A DNA stretch of 63,854 nucleotides, the filler included, from Mustelus asterias (taxonomy: Eukaryota): NCBI RefSeq assembly GCF_964213995.1. It is 5 parts of 5 records of this genome, joined end to end, with 100 filler letters (N's around TTAATTAATTAA, not from the genome) between each part and the next. Parts side by side here need not be neighbours in the genome. Positions count along the whole stretch, not along the records: positions 22,708 to 50,756 come from NC_135808.1; 4 more parts are not named here. The stretch is one strand, 5' to 3'. The position numbers were made by a program, and so were the translations under genes. The notes under the pieces are model-generated. The model searched no databases and was not told the origin of the DNA. It worked only from the letters and a program-made list of their open reading frames with translations. Shown here one piece after another: positions 25,955-37,337 of this stretch; the stretch's first letter is position 1, and each line of letters opens with the position of its first letter.

Positions 25955-26300
25955 GGGCGGCACGGTAGCACAGTGGTTAGCACTGCTGCTTCACAGCTCC
26001 AGGGACCTGGGTTCGATTCCTGGCTTGGGTCACTGTCTGTGTGGAATTTGCACATTCTCCTCGTGTCTGCGTGGGTTTCCTCCGGGTGCTCCGGTTTCCT
26101 CCCACAGTCCAAAGATGTGCGGTTAGGTTGATTGGCCATGCTAAAAATTGCCCTTAGTGTCCTGAGATGCGTAGGTTAGAGGGATTAGCGGGTAAAATAT
26201 GCAGGGATATGGGGGTAGGGCCTGGGTGGGATTGTGGTCGGTGCAGACTCGATGGGCCAAATGGCCTCTTTCTGTACTGTAGGGTTTCTATGTTTCTATG
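25955..26300 (+). mobile_element. HE1-like SINE, tail A, full length
   Basis: GGGCGGCACGGTAGCACAGTGGTTAGCACTGCTGC head through ...GTAGGGTTTCTATG tail. Confidence 0.9.
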
Positions 26301-26317
26301 TTACCTTCCATCAGGAT

Positions 26318-27082
26318 GGTCACTCCTCAGAGTTTCAATCCTCAGCGTTTCAATCCTCAGGGCATCACTCCTCAGAATGTCACTCCTCAGAGTGTTACTC
26401 CGCAGGTTGTCACTCCTCAGAGTATCACTCCGCAGAGTGTTACTCCGCAGGTTGTCATTCCTCAGAATGTCACTCCTCAGGGCGTCACTCCTCAAGGTGT
26501 CACTCCTCAGGGCATCACTCCTCAGGGTGTCACTCCTCAAGGTGTCACTCCTCAGGGCATCACTCCTCAGGGTGTCACTCCTCAAGGTGTCACTCCTCAG
26601 GATGTCACTCCTCAGGGCGTCACTCCTCAAGGTGTCACTCCTCAAGGTGTCACTCCTCAGGATGTCACTCCTCAGGGCGTCACTCCTCAGAGTGTCACTC
26701 CTCAGGGCATCAGTCCTCAGGGCATCAGTCCTCAGGGCGTCACTCCTCAGGGTGTCACTACTCAGAGTGTCACTCCTCAGGGCGTCACTACTCAGGGCAT
26801 CACTACTCAGGGCATCACTCCTCAGAGCGTCATTCCTCAGGGTGTCACTCCTCAGGGTTTCACTCCTCAGGGCGTCACTCCTCAGGACGTCACTCCTCAG
26901 GGTGTCACTACTCAGGGCATCACTACTCAGGGCATCACTCCTCAGAGCGTCATTCCTCAGGGTGTCACTCCTCAGGGTCTCACTCCTCAGGGTGTCACTC
27001 CTCAGGGTCTCACTCCTCAGGGTCTCACTCCTCAGGGTCTCACTCCTCAGGGTCTCACTCCTCAGGGTCTCACTCCTCAGGG
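26318..27082. repeat. 15-bp minisatellite (GGTGTCACTCCTCAG)n, ~50 copies; degenerate copies extend over ~24590-27220
   Basis: Direct tandem array. Confidence 0.97.
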
Positions 27083-27802
27083 TAACGCAACTCGGGTTTC
27101 AGTGTCTCAGGACATCGCCTTCTGATTATTACTTCAGGGTGTCATTCCTTAGCGTAACATTCCATGTCACTCCTTGGGGTTTCACTCCATGAGGTGTCCC
27201 TCCTTAGCTTCCTTCAGGATATCGAAATAGGTGAGAATAGGATGATGAGCAAGTTAATTCTGAGGGAATTCACTGGCTCGCTGAGCGAGAGGGGGAATTG
27301 ACCTGAGGTATAGTTTTCTCAGAGATTTCTTTGTCCTCTAATACCATGTTCGAACCCACCCACATTACACTCTGACCTTGAGCACTATCTGCTCACTCTC
27401 GGTTGTAAATTTAGCCCCAACCTTTGTACCTGCCGTGCTGCCCCTCCCTTGCCTTGATCTCTGTTTGACACTCCCTGAACAGACTTTTGGAAAGCTGTTG
27501 ATGACCTTGGCGTCGGTAACAGGCCAGTTTGTTTACCCGAGGATCTCCTGCAGTCTCCGACAACCTGAATCATTAAAAAGTGTAGCCAGAGTTATTTTAA
27601 AGACAAACACAGCTTCAGGTAGCTGAGTATCAGGGTCTGTATCCTGTTTGGTGAGTTCAGTACGATTCTGTTACACATTTCTGCCACAGTCCAGAGTCTG
27701 TGTGCGCTGGCTACAGTCCAGCTTCTTCCCAAAAGCGAATGTTTTTTTTACCTTCACTCTGAATAAAAAAGCTCACATTGAGCAGGTCACATTGAAAGGT
27801 TA

Positions 27803-28135
27803 TGGGCGGCACGGTGGCACAGTGGTTAGCACTGCTGCCTCACAGCGCCAGGGACCCGGGTTCGATTCCCGGCTTGGGTGACTGTCCGTGTGGAGTTTGT
27901 GCATTCTCCCCGTGTCTGCGTAGGTTTCCTCCGGGTGCTCCGGTTTCCTCCCACACTCCAAAGATGTGCGGGTTAGGTGGATTGGCCGTGCTAAATTGCC
28001 CCTTAGTGTCAGGGGGAACTAGCTAGGGTAAGTGCATTGGGTTATGGAGATAGGGCCTGGTTGGGATTGTTGTAGTGCAGAGTCGATGGGCCGATTAGCC
28101 TCCTTCTGCACTGTAGGGATTCTATGGATTCTATG
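27803..28135 (+). mobile_element. HE1-like SINE, tail A
   Basis: Full head, core and tail. Confidence 0.9.
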
Positions 28136-28359
28136 AGGTCCCTCACGCTCACAGAGTGAGAGTCACAATTGTACCCGACAAGGTCCAGAAGCAACTCTCA
28201 ATATCTTGACACCAGATCATATGTTAACCCTCACATCTTGGTGTGCCCCCCACCCCACGAAACCACCTCCCCCCGCCCCCGCCACCTCCCCCCTGCTCAC
28301 AGTGTCTCAGCTCTGAGGGTCTCCTGCAGAGTTTTTCACTTTAATCAATTCTATCACAC

Positions 28360-28980
28360 TGCTGATCTGTACATTGTAGATGGTGGAGAGGCTTTGGGGA
28401 GGCGGCCACATTTACCCACTGCGTCCTCCCGATCCTGTCATGGACAGATACATCTGTAACAGCTGGAGTGTGGAGGATGAGGTCAAGTAGATTTTTCCCT
28501 CTGGTTAATTCCCTTACCCCTCGCACACACACAGCCAGTCTCGCAGCGATGTCCTTCAGGATAAGGACGGCTCGGTTCAGGTGATGGACAGTGAAACTCC
28601 CAACCGCACATTGCCTCCCGCTTTGCATCTTCTAATTGCTGTTTAACAGGGAGGAGGTTTGATCCATTAGCTGAGGTCATCACTGGGAGTCGGGGAGGTG
28701 GTAATCAGCGGGATGATTCTTTGCTTCTGTTTGACCCAATGCCATGAGATTTGGTGGAATCCAGAGTGATCCCAGATTAACACTGTCTGATTGTATATCA
28801 CTGGAGCACTGTTTGGACAGGACATACTCAGCCATGGTCATAGTGGTGCATTGGACATTGGCTGGGAGCTATGATTCTGTGCATTATGTCAGGCTGATAC
28901 TTAACTAATCTGCTGAACAGCTCTCCCACTTTGGAGCATGTTCCCAGATGTTAGTGAGGTGGAATTTGCATGATTAACAG
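28360..28980 (-). mobile_element. Degenerate CR1/L2-like LINE, endonuclease region
   Basis: Minus-strand VRELTRGKNLLDLIL...DVSVHDRIGR, similar to the APE motif TRG..LDL. Confidence 0.55.
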
Positions 28981-29057
28981 GCGATGATGAGGATTTGATT
29001 TTGAGTTGTTCTGTTGTGTCCATACCCTGATGTCTTTCTGTGTGGGTTTTTAAAAAA

Positions 29058-29356
29058 GTTTATTTACTAATGCCACAAGTAGGCTGACATTAACACTGCA
29101 ATGAAGTTACCACAAAAATCCTCGTGTCGCTACACTCCGGCGCCTGTTCAGGTTCACTGAGGGAGAATTTGGCATGGCCAATGCACCTAACCAGTATGTC
29201 TTTTGGAATGTGGGAGGAAACCGGAGCACCCGGAGGAAACCCATGCAGACACAATGAGAATGTGCAGACTCCGCACAGACAGTGACCCAAGCCGGGAATC
29301 GAACCTGGGTCCCTAGTGCTGTGAGGCAGCAGTGCTAACCACTGTGCTACCGTGCC
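29058..29356 (-). mobile_element. HE1-like SINE, tail B
   Basis: Reverse-strand head and AAGTTTATTT..CACAAGTAGGCT tail. Confidence 0.85.
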
Positions 29357-29705
29357 TCCCTGCTGTCAGTGCTTTGGGATTCATATCCTGATGTCGCTCT
29401 GTGTCAGTGTTAGTGTTTTGGGGTTTGATTCCCGACTTGGGTCACTGTCTATGTGGAGTTTGCACGTTCTCCCCGTGTCTGCGTGGGTTTCCTCCGGGTG
29501 CTCCCGTTTCCTCCCACAGTCCAAAGATGTGCAGGTTAGGTGCATTGGCCATGCTAAATTGACGTTTAGTATCCTGAGGTGCATAGGTTAGAGATAAATA
29601 AGTTAGGGGTAAATATATCAGTGTGTGTGTGTTTGGGTGTGTTGGTATTTTGAGGTTCATACCCTAATCTCTCTCCCTATCTCTCTCCCTCTCTCTCTAT
29701 TTCAG

Positions 29706-29966
29706 GCTCTCACTCTCTCCGGTATTTCCTCATGGGAATGACTCCGATCCCGGGTTTCCCGGAGTTTGTGGCTGTCGGTTATGTGGACGGTGTCCAGTTT
29801 GTTGTGTACGACAGCGATCGGAGGGAGCTGATCCCCCGGGAGCAGTGGATGGTGGAGAGCGAGGGGCTTGAGAATTGGAAGCGAAAGACATCCCTTGCCC
29901 AGGAGCAGGAGCAATATTTCAAGGCCCATATCCCACAGATCATGTTCCGGACCAACCAGTCAGGGG
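29706..29966 (+). CDS. MHC class I alpha1 exon
   Basis: GSHSLRYFLMGMTPIPGFPEFVAVGYVDGVQFVVYDSD...IMFRTNQSGG; N86-type NQS glycosylation site. Confidence 0.96.
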
Positions 29967-32900
29967 GTGAGTCTATAACCTGATACCCTTCACTCACTTC
30001 AGCGGGAGGTGGTGGGAGAATCATGGAGTTATAGAAACCCTACAGTCCAGAAGGAGGCCATTCGGCCCATCGAGTCTGCACCGACCACAATCCCACCCAG
30101 GCCCTATCCCCATAACCCCACATATTTGCCCCACTAATCCCTCTAACCTACTTATCCCGGGACACCAAGGGGCAATTTAGCATGGCCAATGCACCTAACC
30201 CGCACATCTTTGGAGTGTGGGAGGAAATCGGAGCACCCGGAGGAAACCCACGCAGACACGGGGAGAACGTGCAGACTCCACACAGACAGTGACCCAAGAG
30301 GGAATCGAACCCGGGTCCCTGGAGCTGTGAGGCAGCAGTGTTAACCACTGTGCTACCGTGCTACCCTTAAACTGGGCATGGAGTGGGATGGTGGAGCCAG
30401 AGCCTGATTGGCTGCAGTCTTGTGTGTGGCGCGAAGGGCTCTCCCAGTGAGACATTCTCTGATTGGCCGCCTGTGCTTCTGATTGACAGGTATCCACACG
30501 TACCAGCTGATGTATGGCTGTGACCTGAGGGATGATGGGACGACGAGTGGATTCAACCAGTACGGATGGGACGGACAGGATTTCATTAGCCTCGACAAGG
30601 ATAACATGGTGTGGGTGACCCCGGTCCCCTGGGGACAGATCACCAAAAACAGCTGGGACCGGGACACCTTCAATAGCCAGCGCTGGAAACATTACTTGGA
30701 GGGGGAGTGCATCGAGTGGCTGAGGAAATATGTGGAGTACGGACAGAGAAAACTGAGAGTCGGTGAGTGAGGGATGTTTGGCACCAGATCAGGAACTGCA
30801 AGGTACCGTATGAGCTTAGCCTAGACACCCCCCTCCCAAACTATTTTGTTTTGCCATTATGGGCGGCACAGTGGTTAGCACTGCTACCTCACAGCTCCAG
30901 GGTCCCGGGTTCGATTCCCGGCTTGGGTCACTGTCTGTGTGGAGTTTGCACTTTCTCCCCGTGTTTGCGTGGGTTTCCTCCCACCGTCCAAAGATGTGTG
31001 GGTTCGGTGCATTGGCAATGCTAAATTGCCCCTTAGTGTCCCAGAATGTGTGGGTTAGAGGAATTAGTGGGGTAAATATGTGGGGTTACAGGGATAGGGC
31101 CTCGGTGGGATTGTGGTCGGTGCAGACTCGATGGGCCGAATGTCCTCCTTCTGCACTGTGGGGATGGTATGATTCTATGATTAGAATGAGCACAAAGTAT
31201 TTCACTCCAGGTATGATTAATCTGACCACTCGGAAACTTTAGTTAAAACAAATTTTATTTAAGAACATACTTAGAATATAACAAACAGAGTTGGCGTAAC
31301 CTTTTAACAGTTAAAATTTTTAAATGTGACAAGGTATAATTCTTAACATCTATCCATCTCTATTGTTCCAATGTAAGCAGTATCCTCATATTCACAACTC
31401 CCTGCTCACAATCAGCACAAAACAGATATCCTCATGTGGATGCTCCATCTCCAGCCTTTTAACACCTCCGCACAGATACAGAAAGACACCTGGGGTATTG
31501 CTATGCTACACTTCTGACTCTCATACAGCAACTGGCAGAGAACGATAGATCCTCAAGCAGCAGAACTTCAGAGAAATAAACTTAGTCTCTGATAGATCCC
31601 GGACTCCAGACTTCAGAGTGAGAAAGGACTACTCCTCTCCGCAGCTTCCAGCTTCCAATCAGCAACAGAACTTGGTTTCTCTCTGTGAACCTAGCCCCAT
31701 CCAGTCACATGAATTTTCCTGTTAAAAGCTAATCAAGCCCCACTCTGAAAAAACCCACGGGAAAACACTAAAATAACAACCCCTGCAGTAGTCCAGATTA
31801 AAACAAACATTGTAGCAATTAAGATCAATTATCCTGCTGCAGTAACAACAGGGCTATAAGATGCAGACAAAATGGCACTGATAATAAAACAAACTGCTGA
31901 AATAGACCCTGCACAAGAAACATGACCCAAATATACTCTTTAAACGTACAGTATTGCCACAGGGGGGACTGAGAGTGGGCAAGTGTGGGGAGGAATGGGA
32001 GTCGGTGAGTGAGCAGGGGGAGTGAGTGTCGGTGAGTGAGGGGGGAGTGAGAGTCAGTGAGTGAGGGGGGAGTGAGAGTCGGTGAAGGGGGTGATGCTGG
32101 GACTCTCTATCTCGAGGTTTCTGTACTGACTCCTCTTTCTTTCTCTCTCAGTTGCCCCCGTCGTGTCCTTTACCCGCCTGGGTGATTCTAACCGGCTGTC
32201 CTGTGTCGTCACCGGGTTTTACCCTCAACCCATCGAGGTGAATCTGTGGAGAGATGGAGTGGTGATTGATGAGACTCTGTCCAGTGGGATCTTACCCAAT
32301 CACGACAGCACCTACCAGATCCGGAAATGGGTCGAGTTTGATCCAGAGGACCAGGCCGAGTATTCCTGTCGGGTGGAACACAGCGGGATGAAGGAGACAC
32401 TGGTGGTGATTTACGGTAAGACTGTTTCTCAGTGTTAGAGAGAACCCAGCCTCAGACCAGGGTCACAGGAGGGAGGGTCATAAAATCTATAGAATCCCTC
32501 TCGGGCAGGAGACTATCTGCACTGCACTGAGCCTCCAAAAGAGCATTCCACCCAGGCGCATTCTGCCCTTCCCGTGACCCCACCCATTTACCATGGCCAA
32601 ACCATCTAAACTAAATATCTTTGAAGTGTGGGAGGAAACTGGAGCATCTGGAGGAAACCCATGCAGACATGGGGAGAACGTGCAAACTCCACAAGACAGT
32701 TACCCAAGGCTGTATTGAGCCCGGGTCCCTGGTGCTATGGGGCAGCAGTGCTAACCATTGTGCCACTGTGCCGCCCTATAATTTCAAATTGGCATGACAC
32801 AAGATTGGAAAGTCTGAGGGGATGCCGGTGGGTGACTGGCTTCATGAGAATTGCTGAGATCCAAATGAATGCAAATGGAATTCCTGCCATCAGCCAGCGG

Positions 32901-35764
32901 GAAGATGGACCCACCAGTAACGTGCCATTGGAAGAATTGCAATGTGATTTTGCGCTGGTGGGTTTATGACCGTTTGGCTCCCAGTGGATTTCCCGCTCCC
33001 TCCTGCCACCAAACCCACTGAGGGCAGGATGGGAGAATTCCACCCCCAGTGTCCAATGGAATACAATATGTCAGGAATGGTGTGTCGTGGGGTATTGCTA
33101 TGCTACACTTCCCAGTATCCACTGGGATAGTAAGTGTGACAGGACCTGGTATATCTTGGGATAATACAGTGTGAGGCCTCAGCATGCCCCGCAATACTAC
33201 AGGGCAACAGGACCCTGCGTATCCTGGAATATTAAGGTCCCAGGCTGGAATCTTATTACCATTCACGCCGATGGGATTTTCCCATCCTGCTGCAGTGAAC
33301 GAATATTGTGGTCCCACCGCTGTCAATGGGATTTCCCGTTGAATTCACACAATCCCAGCGGGAAACGCATGGTGCGCCATCGATGAGTCAAGGACCCTCT
33401 GCCGGTGTGAAGGGCCAGGAAGTCTCACCCTAGATATACTTAAGAGGAAGCTCGACAGTCCAACAAGGGGAAAAGCAACACAGAATTACAATGGTAGATT
33501 TTGGTGTGGAAAGGTGGGAGGAGGCTTGGGTGGAGCATAAGCATGGAGTGATCGGGCCGAATGGACTGTCTCTGACGCACATCTGGTGTAATCCTTTAAA
33601 GTAAAAGTTTATTTATCAGTCACAAGTAAGCTTACATTAACATTGTAATGAAGTTACTGTGAAAATCCCCTAGTCGCCACACTCCGGTGCCTGTTCGGGT
33701 ACACTGAGGGAGAATTTAGCATGGCCAATGCACCCAACCCCAGCACGTCTTTCAGACTGTGGGAGGAAACCGGAGCACCCGGAGGAAACCCACACAGACA
33801 CGGGGAGAATGTGCAAACTCCGCATGGACAGTGATCCAAGCCGGGAATCGAACCTGGGTCCCTGGAGCTGTGAGGCAGCAGTGCTAACCACTGTGCTACC
33901 GTGCCGCGTCCTGATTCACTCTCTGATTCTTTTTTCACTGGTTGTTTCTCTGATTATTTCTGTCTCTAATTTTTTCTCTCTCTGATTCTCTTGCTCCTTT
34001 CCCTCCCCCTCTCCCCTCGTCTCTTTCTCTCTTTCCCCTCTCTAACAGATCTGAAAGCCCAAGTTCTTGTTACTGTTGGGATTGTACTTGGAGTCCTCGG
34101 GATCGTCGCTCTCACCATCGTGGCTGTGGTCATTTACCAGAGGAAAGGTAGGAATTGGCAGGTCCTCACCGCGTGGGGTGGGGTGGGTGGTGAAAGTGGG
34201 ATAATGTGTTCATTGTCCTGGAGGAATCCAGAGGTGAGTAGTCTGGGGTGAGGAGAAGGGCTCTGGAGGATGTGGAAGGGCTCAGTTGGATTAGCCCAGT
34301 GCTGCTGTGTTGAGATGGCAATGGGAGGTATTGGGGACAGACTTAGCCAGGGGTGGGAGTTATGAAGGGACTCAGGGTGAGGGGAGGAACTTCAGTGTAT
34401 GGAGAAGGATTGACTCAAGGCAGAGGGTCCTAGTAAGTAGTGGAGTGGCCCAAGGTGGTGGACTGTTCCTCACGGTGTCAGAGTGTCTCGGGAGTGAGGG
34501 TGTCAGGTCCCAGATGGGTGGGGGGAGCACGGTGGGGGTTGGTAAGGCTGAATAGGTGGAAGACCCTGAACATGGAGTTTGAGGGGTCATGACACAGGAA
34601 GAGGCTCGAGGATTAGATGTGGGTCTCAGAATTGCATAGTTTCTCAGGGTAGAATGGGAGTGAGGAGTTCAGGTCAGGGTGGGAGTGAGGGTCTCAGGTC
34701 AGGGTGGGAATGAGGGGGTCAGGTGAGAGTGGGAGAGAGGGTCTCAGTTCAGGGTGGGAGCAAGGGCCTCAGGTCAGAGTTGGGGTGAGGGGCTCAGGTC
34801 AGGGTGGGAGTGAGGGTCTCAGGTGAAGGTGGGAGTGAGTGTCTCAGGTGAGGGTAGGAGTGAAGGGCCCAGGTCAAGGTGTTTTAAGATTGAAGTTTAC
34901 TTATTAGTGTCACAAGTAGGCTTACATGAACACTGCAATGAAGTTACTGTGAAAATCCCCTGGTCGCCACACTCCGGCGCCTGTTCGGGTGCACTGAGGG
35001 AGAATTTAGCATGGCCAATGCACCTAACCAGCATATCTTTCGGATTGTGGGAGGAAACCGGAGCACCCGGAGGAATCCCATGCAGACACAGGAAGAACGT
35101 GCAAACTCCACACAGACAGTCACCCAAGCTGGGAATCGAACCTGGGTCCCTGGCGCTGTGAGGCAGCAGTGCTAACTGCTTGTGAGTGAGGGTCTTGGGT
35201 CAGGGTGGGAATGAGGGGGCTTCGGGTCTGGTTAGGGGTTTAGTATAAGTGAAGGTCCGTCTCTTTCTTCCTCAGAGTTCTAGACTCTCTCCTCTCTGAT
35301 TTTCTGTCAGTTTCTCATCACTCATTGAACATTCTTTGTTTTACAGTGAGAGGAAAAAGCGACTACAATCCTGCAAATAGTAAGCTGATCATCAAATATC
35401 CTCTGGATCTGTGAAACTGTGTGAATCATTGTTCATTCTGTGTCTGATACGTTAAACAGCGCCCTCTATGTGTGCATATGTGTGTGTGTTTCAGTTGGTG
35501 TGTGTGTTACCCTCTGTGAATCTCTCTCCCTGTTTCTGGTTTGTCTGTCTCTCTTGCTCTCTCTCTCTCTCTGTTTCTGTGTTTGGCTGTGTGTCTATAG
35601 CCCTCTTCCTTTCTTCGTGCCTCTGATTTTCTCTCCTTTTCTCCTGTTTGTGTCTTGCATGCTGTCTCTGTCTCTGAATGTGAATCACGTTTTTAATCCC
35701 TCTCCTTCCTTTTAAAGCTTCGGAAAGAGAGGATTCTTCATCCATCTCCACTGTCAGTGCCTGA
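29706..35764 (+). CDS. MHC class I heavy chain gene (shark UAA-related, probably non-classical); six coding exons, leader exon not found
   Basis: Exons 29706-29966, 30490-30762, 32152-32415, 34049-34147, 35347-35379 and 35718-35764 splice in one open frame; all introns are phase 1 with GT/AG. Confidence 0.95.
30018..30362 (-). mobile_element. HE1-like SINE in the alpha1-alpha2 intron
   Basis: Full reverse-strand copy. Confidence 0.88.
30490..30762 (+). CDS. MHC class I alpha2 exon
   Basis: IHTYQLMYGCDL...YGWDGQDFISLD...TKNSWD...YLEGECIEWLRKY; both cysteines present. Confidence 0.96.
30775..31961 (-). mobile_element. Probable solo LTR in the alpha2-alpha3 intron, itself carrying a + strand SINE (30859-31180)
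   Basis: TGT...ACA termini, flanks GGGA/GGGG, AATAAA on the minus strand near 31255; interrupts the GAGAGTCGGTGAGTGAGGGG repeat run. Confidence 0.5.
32152..32415 (+). CDS. MHC class I alpha3 exon (C1-set Ig domain)
   Basis: LSCVVTGFYP...GILPNHDSTYQ...YSCRVEHSG. Confidence 0.96.
33603..33907 (-). mobile_element. HE1-like SINE, tail B
   Basis: Full reverse-strand copy. Confidence 0.88.
34049..34147 (+). CDS. MHC class I transmembrane exon
   Basis: DLKAQVLVTVGIVLGVLGIVALTIVAVVIYQRK; long pyrimidine-tract acceptor. Confidence 0.9.
34655..34880. repeat. ~25-bp G-rich minisatellite (AGGTCAGGGTGGGAGTGAGGGTCTC)n
   Basis: Imperfect tandem copies; the array resumes after the SINE at ~35183. Confidence 0.8.
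34893..35180 (-). mobile_element. HE1-like SINE, tail B
   Basis: Full reverse-strand copy. Confidence 0.88.
35347..35379 (+). CDS. MHC class I cytoplasmic exon 1 (VRGKSDYNPAN)
   Basis: TTTTACAG acceptor, GTAAG donor, conserved YxxA motif. Confidence 0.85.
35718..35764 (+). CDS. MHC class I cytoplasmic exon 2 (TSEREDSSSISTVSA*)
   Basis: Ser-rich class I tail; TGA at 35762-35764 followed by G|GTATG donor. Confidence 0.85.
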
Positions 35765-35924
35765 GGTATGAATAATATTGGATACAGATCCTTCTAACTG
35801 GGATATTCCCGCTGGATTTAGCTGTACAATCTGGTGGGTGGGATGTGAGCTCAGTGTCTGTCTCTCGCTGTATCGTCACTAAAGAGCAGCTCATCCAATC
35901 CAACACTGAGCTTTGAGACTTTTG

Positions 35925-36330
35925 ATTTGATTTGATTTAATATTTTCACATGTATTAGCATAAAGTGAAAAGTATTGTTTCTTGCACGCTATATACACAA
36001 AACATACCGTTCATAGAGAAGGAAACGAGAGAGTGCAGAATGTAGTGTTACAGTCATAGCTCGGGTATAGAGAAAGATCAACTTAATGCAAGGTAGGTCC
36101 ATTCAAAGGTCTGACAGCAGCAGGGAAGAAGCTGTTCTTGAGTCGGTTGGTACGTGACCTCAGACTTTTGTATCTTTTTCCCAAAGGAGGAAGGTGGAAG
36201 AGAGAATGTCCGGGGTGCGTGGGGTCCTTGATTATTCTGGCTGCTTTTCCGAGGCAGCGGGAGGTGTAGACAGAGTCATGGAGGGGAGGCTGGTTTGCGT
36301 GATGGATTGGGCTACACTCACGACCTTTCA
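35925..36330 (-). mobile_element. Rex1/Babar-like LINE 3' fragment
   Basis: ORF ...RCLGKAARIIKDPTHPGHSLFHLPPLGKRYKSLRSRTNRLKNSFFPAAVRPLN; (ATCAA)n tail. Confidence 0.75.
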
Positions 36331-36484
36331 CGACTGGCCTTCTGGAGATGGCTGCTCCTGTACAGTCTGAGATTGGAAATATTTTGGGAGCTTTGGGGTG
36401 TTTGGAGTGAGGAAAGATACATCCAGAAATATCTAATTTGAGATTGATGTCTCTTTGACACTGGCCTTCTGGAGATCACGGTGG

Positions 36485-37337
36485 TGGCACGGTGGCACAG
36501 TGGTTAGCACTGCTGCCTCACAGCGGCAGGGTTCCAGGTTCAATTCCTTGGGTCACTGTCTGTGTGGTGTTTGCACATTCTCCCCTTGTCTGCGTGAATT
36601 TCCTCCGGGTGCTCCGGTTTCCTCCCACAGTCCAAAGATGTGCGGGTTAGGTGGATTGGCCTTGCTAAATTAACCCTCGTGTCAGGGGGATTAGCAAGAT
36701 AAATCATAGAATCATGGAATCCTACGGTGCAGAAAGAGGCCATTCGGCCCGTCGAGTCTGCACCAACCACAATCCCACCCAGGCCCTATCCAATATCCCT
36801 ACATATTTACCCACTAACCCCTCTAACCTATGCATCCCAGGACACTAAGGGAAAATTTAGAATGGCCAATCAACCTAACCCGCACATCTTTGAACTGTGG
36901 GAGGAAACCGGAGCACCCGGAGGAAACCCACACAGACACGAGGAGAATGTGCAAACTCCGCACAGACAGTGACCCGAGCCGGGATTCGAATCCAGTCCCT
37001 GGAGCTGTGAAGCAGCAGTGCTAACCACTGTGCTACCGTGCCGCCCAATGTAGGGGTTACTGGAATAGGCCCTAAATGGGTGTGGTTGGGGTGTGGAATG
37101 GACTGCCTGCAGTGATAGTGGAGTCAGACACTTTAGGAACATTTAAGCGGTAATTGGATCGGCACATGGAGCACACCAGGATGATAGGGAGTGGGATAGC
37201 TTGATCTTGGTTTCAGATAAAGCTCGGCACAACATCGTGGGCCGAAGGGCTGTGCTGTTCTATGTTCTAGTTGGGTTTGTGGTCGGTACAGACCCGATGG
37301 GCCAATGGCCTCCTTCTGTGTTGTAGGGATTCTATGA
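36485..37337. mobile_element. Nested stack: + SINE interrupted by a - SINE (36705-37046) and a + CR1 3' end (~37080-37270)
   Basis: The outer SINE resumes after each insert (ATGTAGGGG..AATAGG.CCT, then GTGGTCGGTACAGAC..ATTCTATG). Confidence 0.8.

Noticed and set aside
25907-26139. Recurrent 'GSTVVSTAASQ/LRGFPPGAPVSSH' ORFs and tRNA-like heads
   Set aside because: Translations and A/B boxes of SINE copies, not genes or tRNAs
26167-27192. Long ORFs (GVTPQ)n, (RVSLL)n and (CHSSG)n as proteins; CRISPR-like array
   Set aside because: Stop-free 15-bp minisatellite, two of the ORFs start inside a SINE, no unique spacers or cas genes, vertebrate DNA
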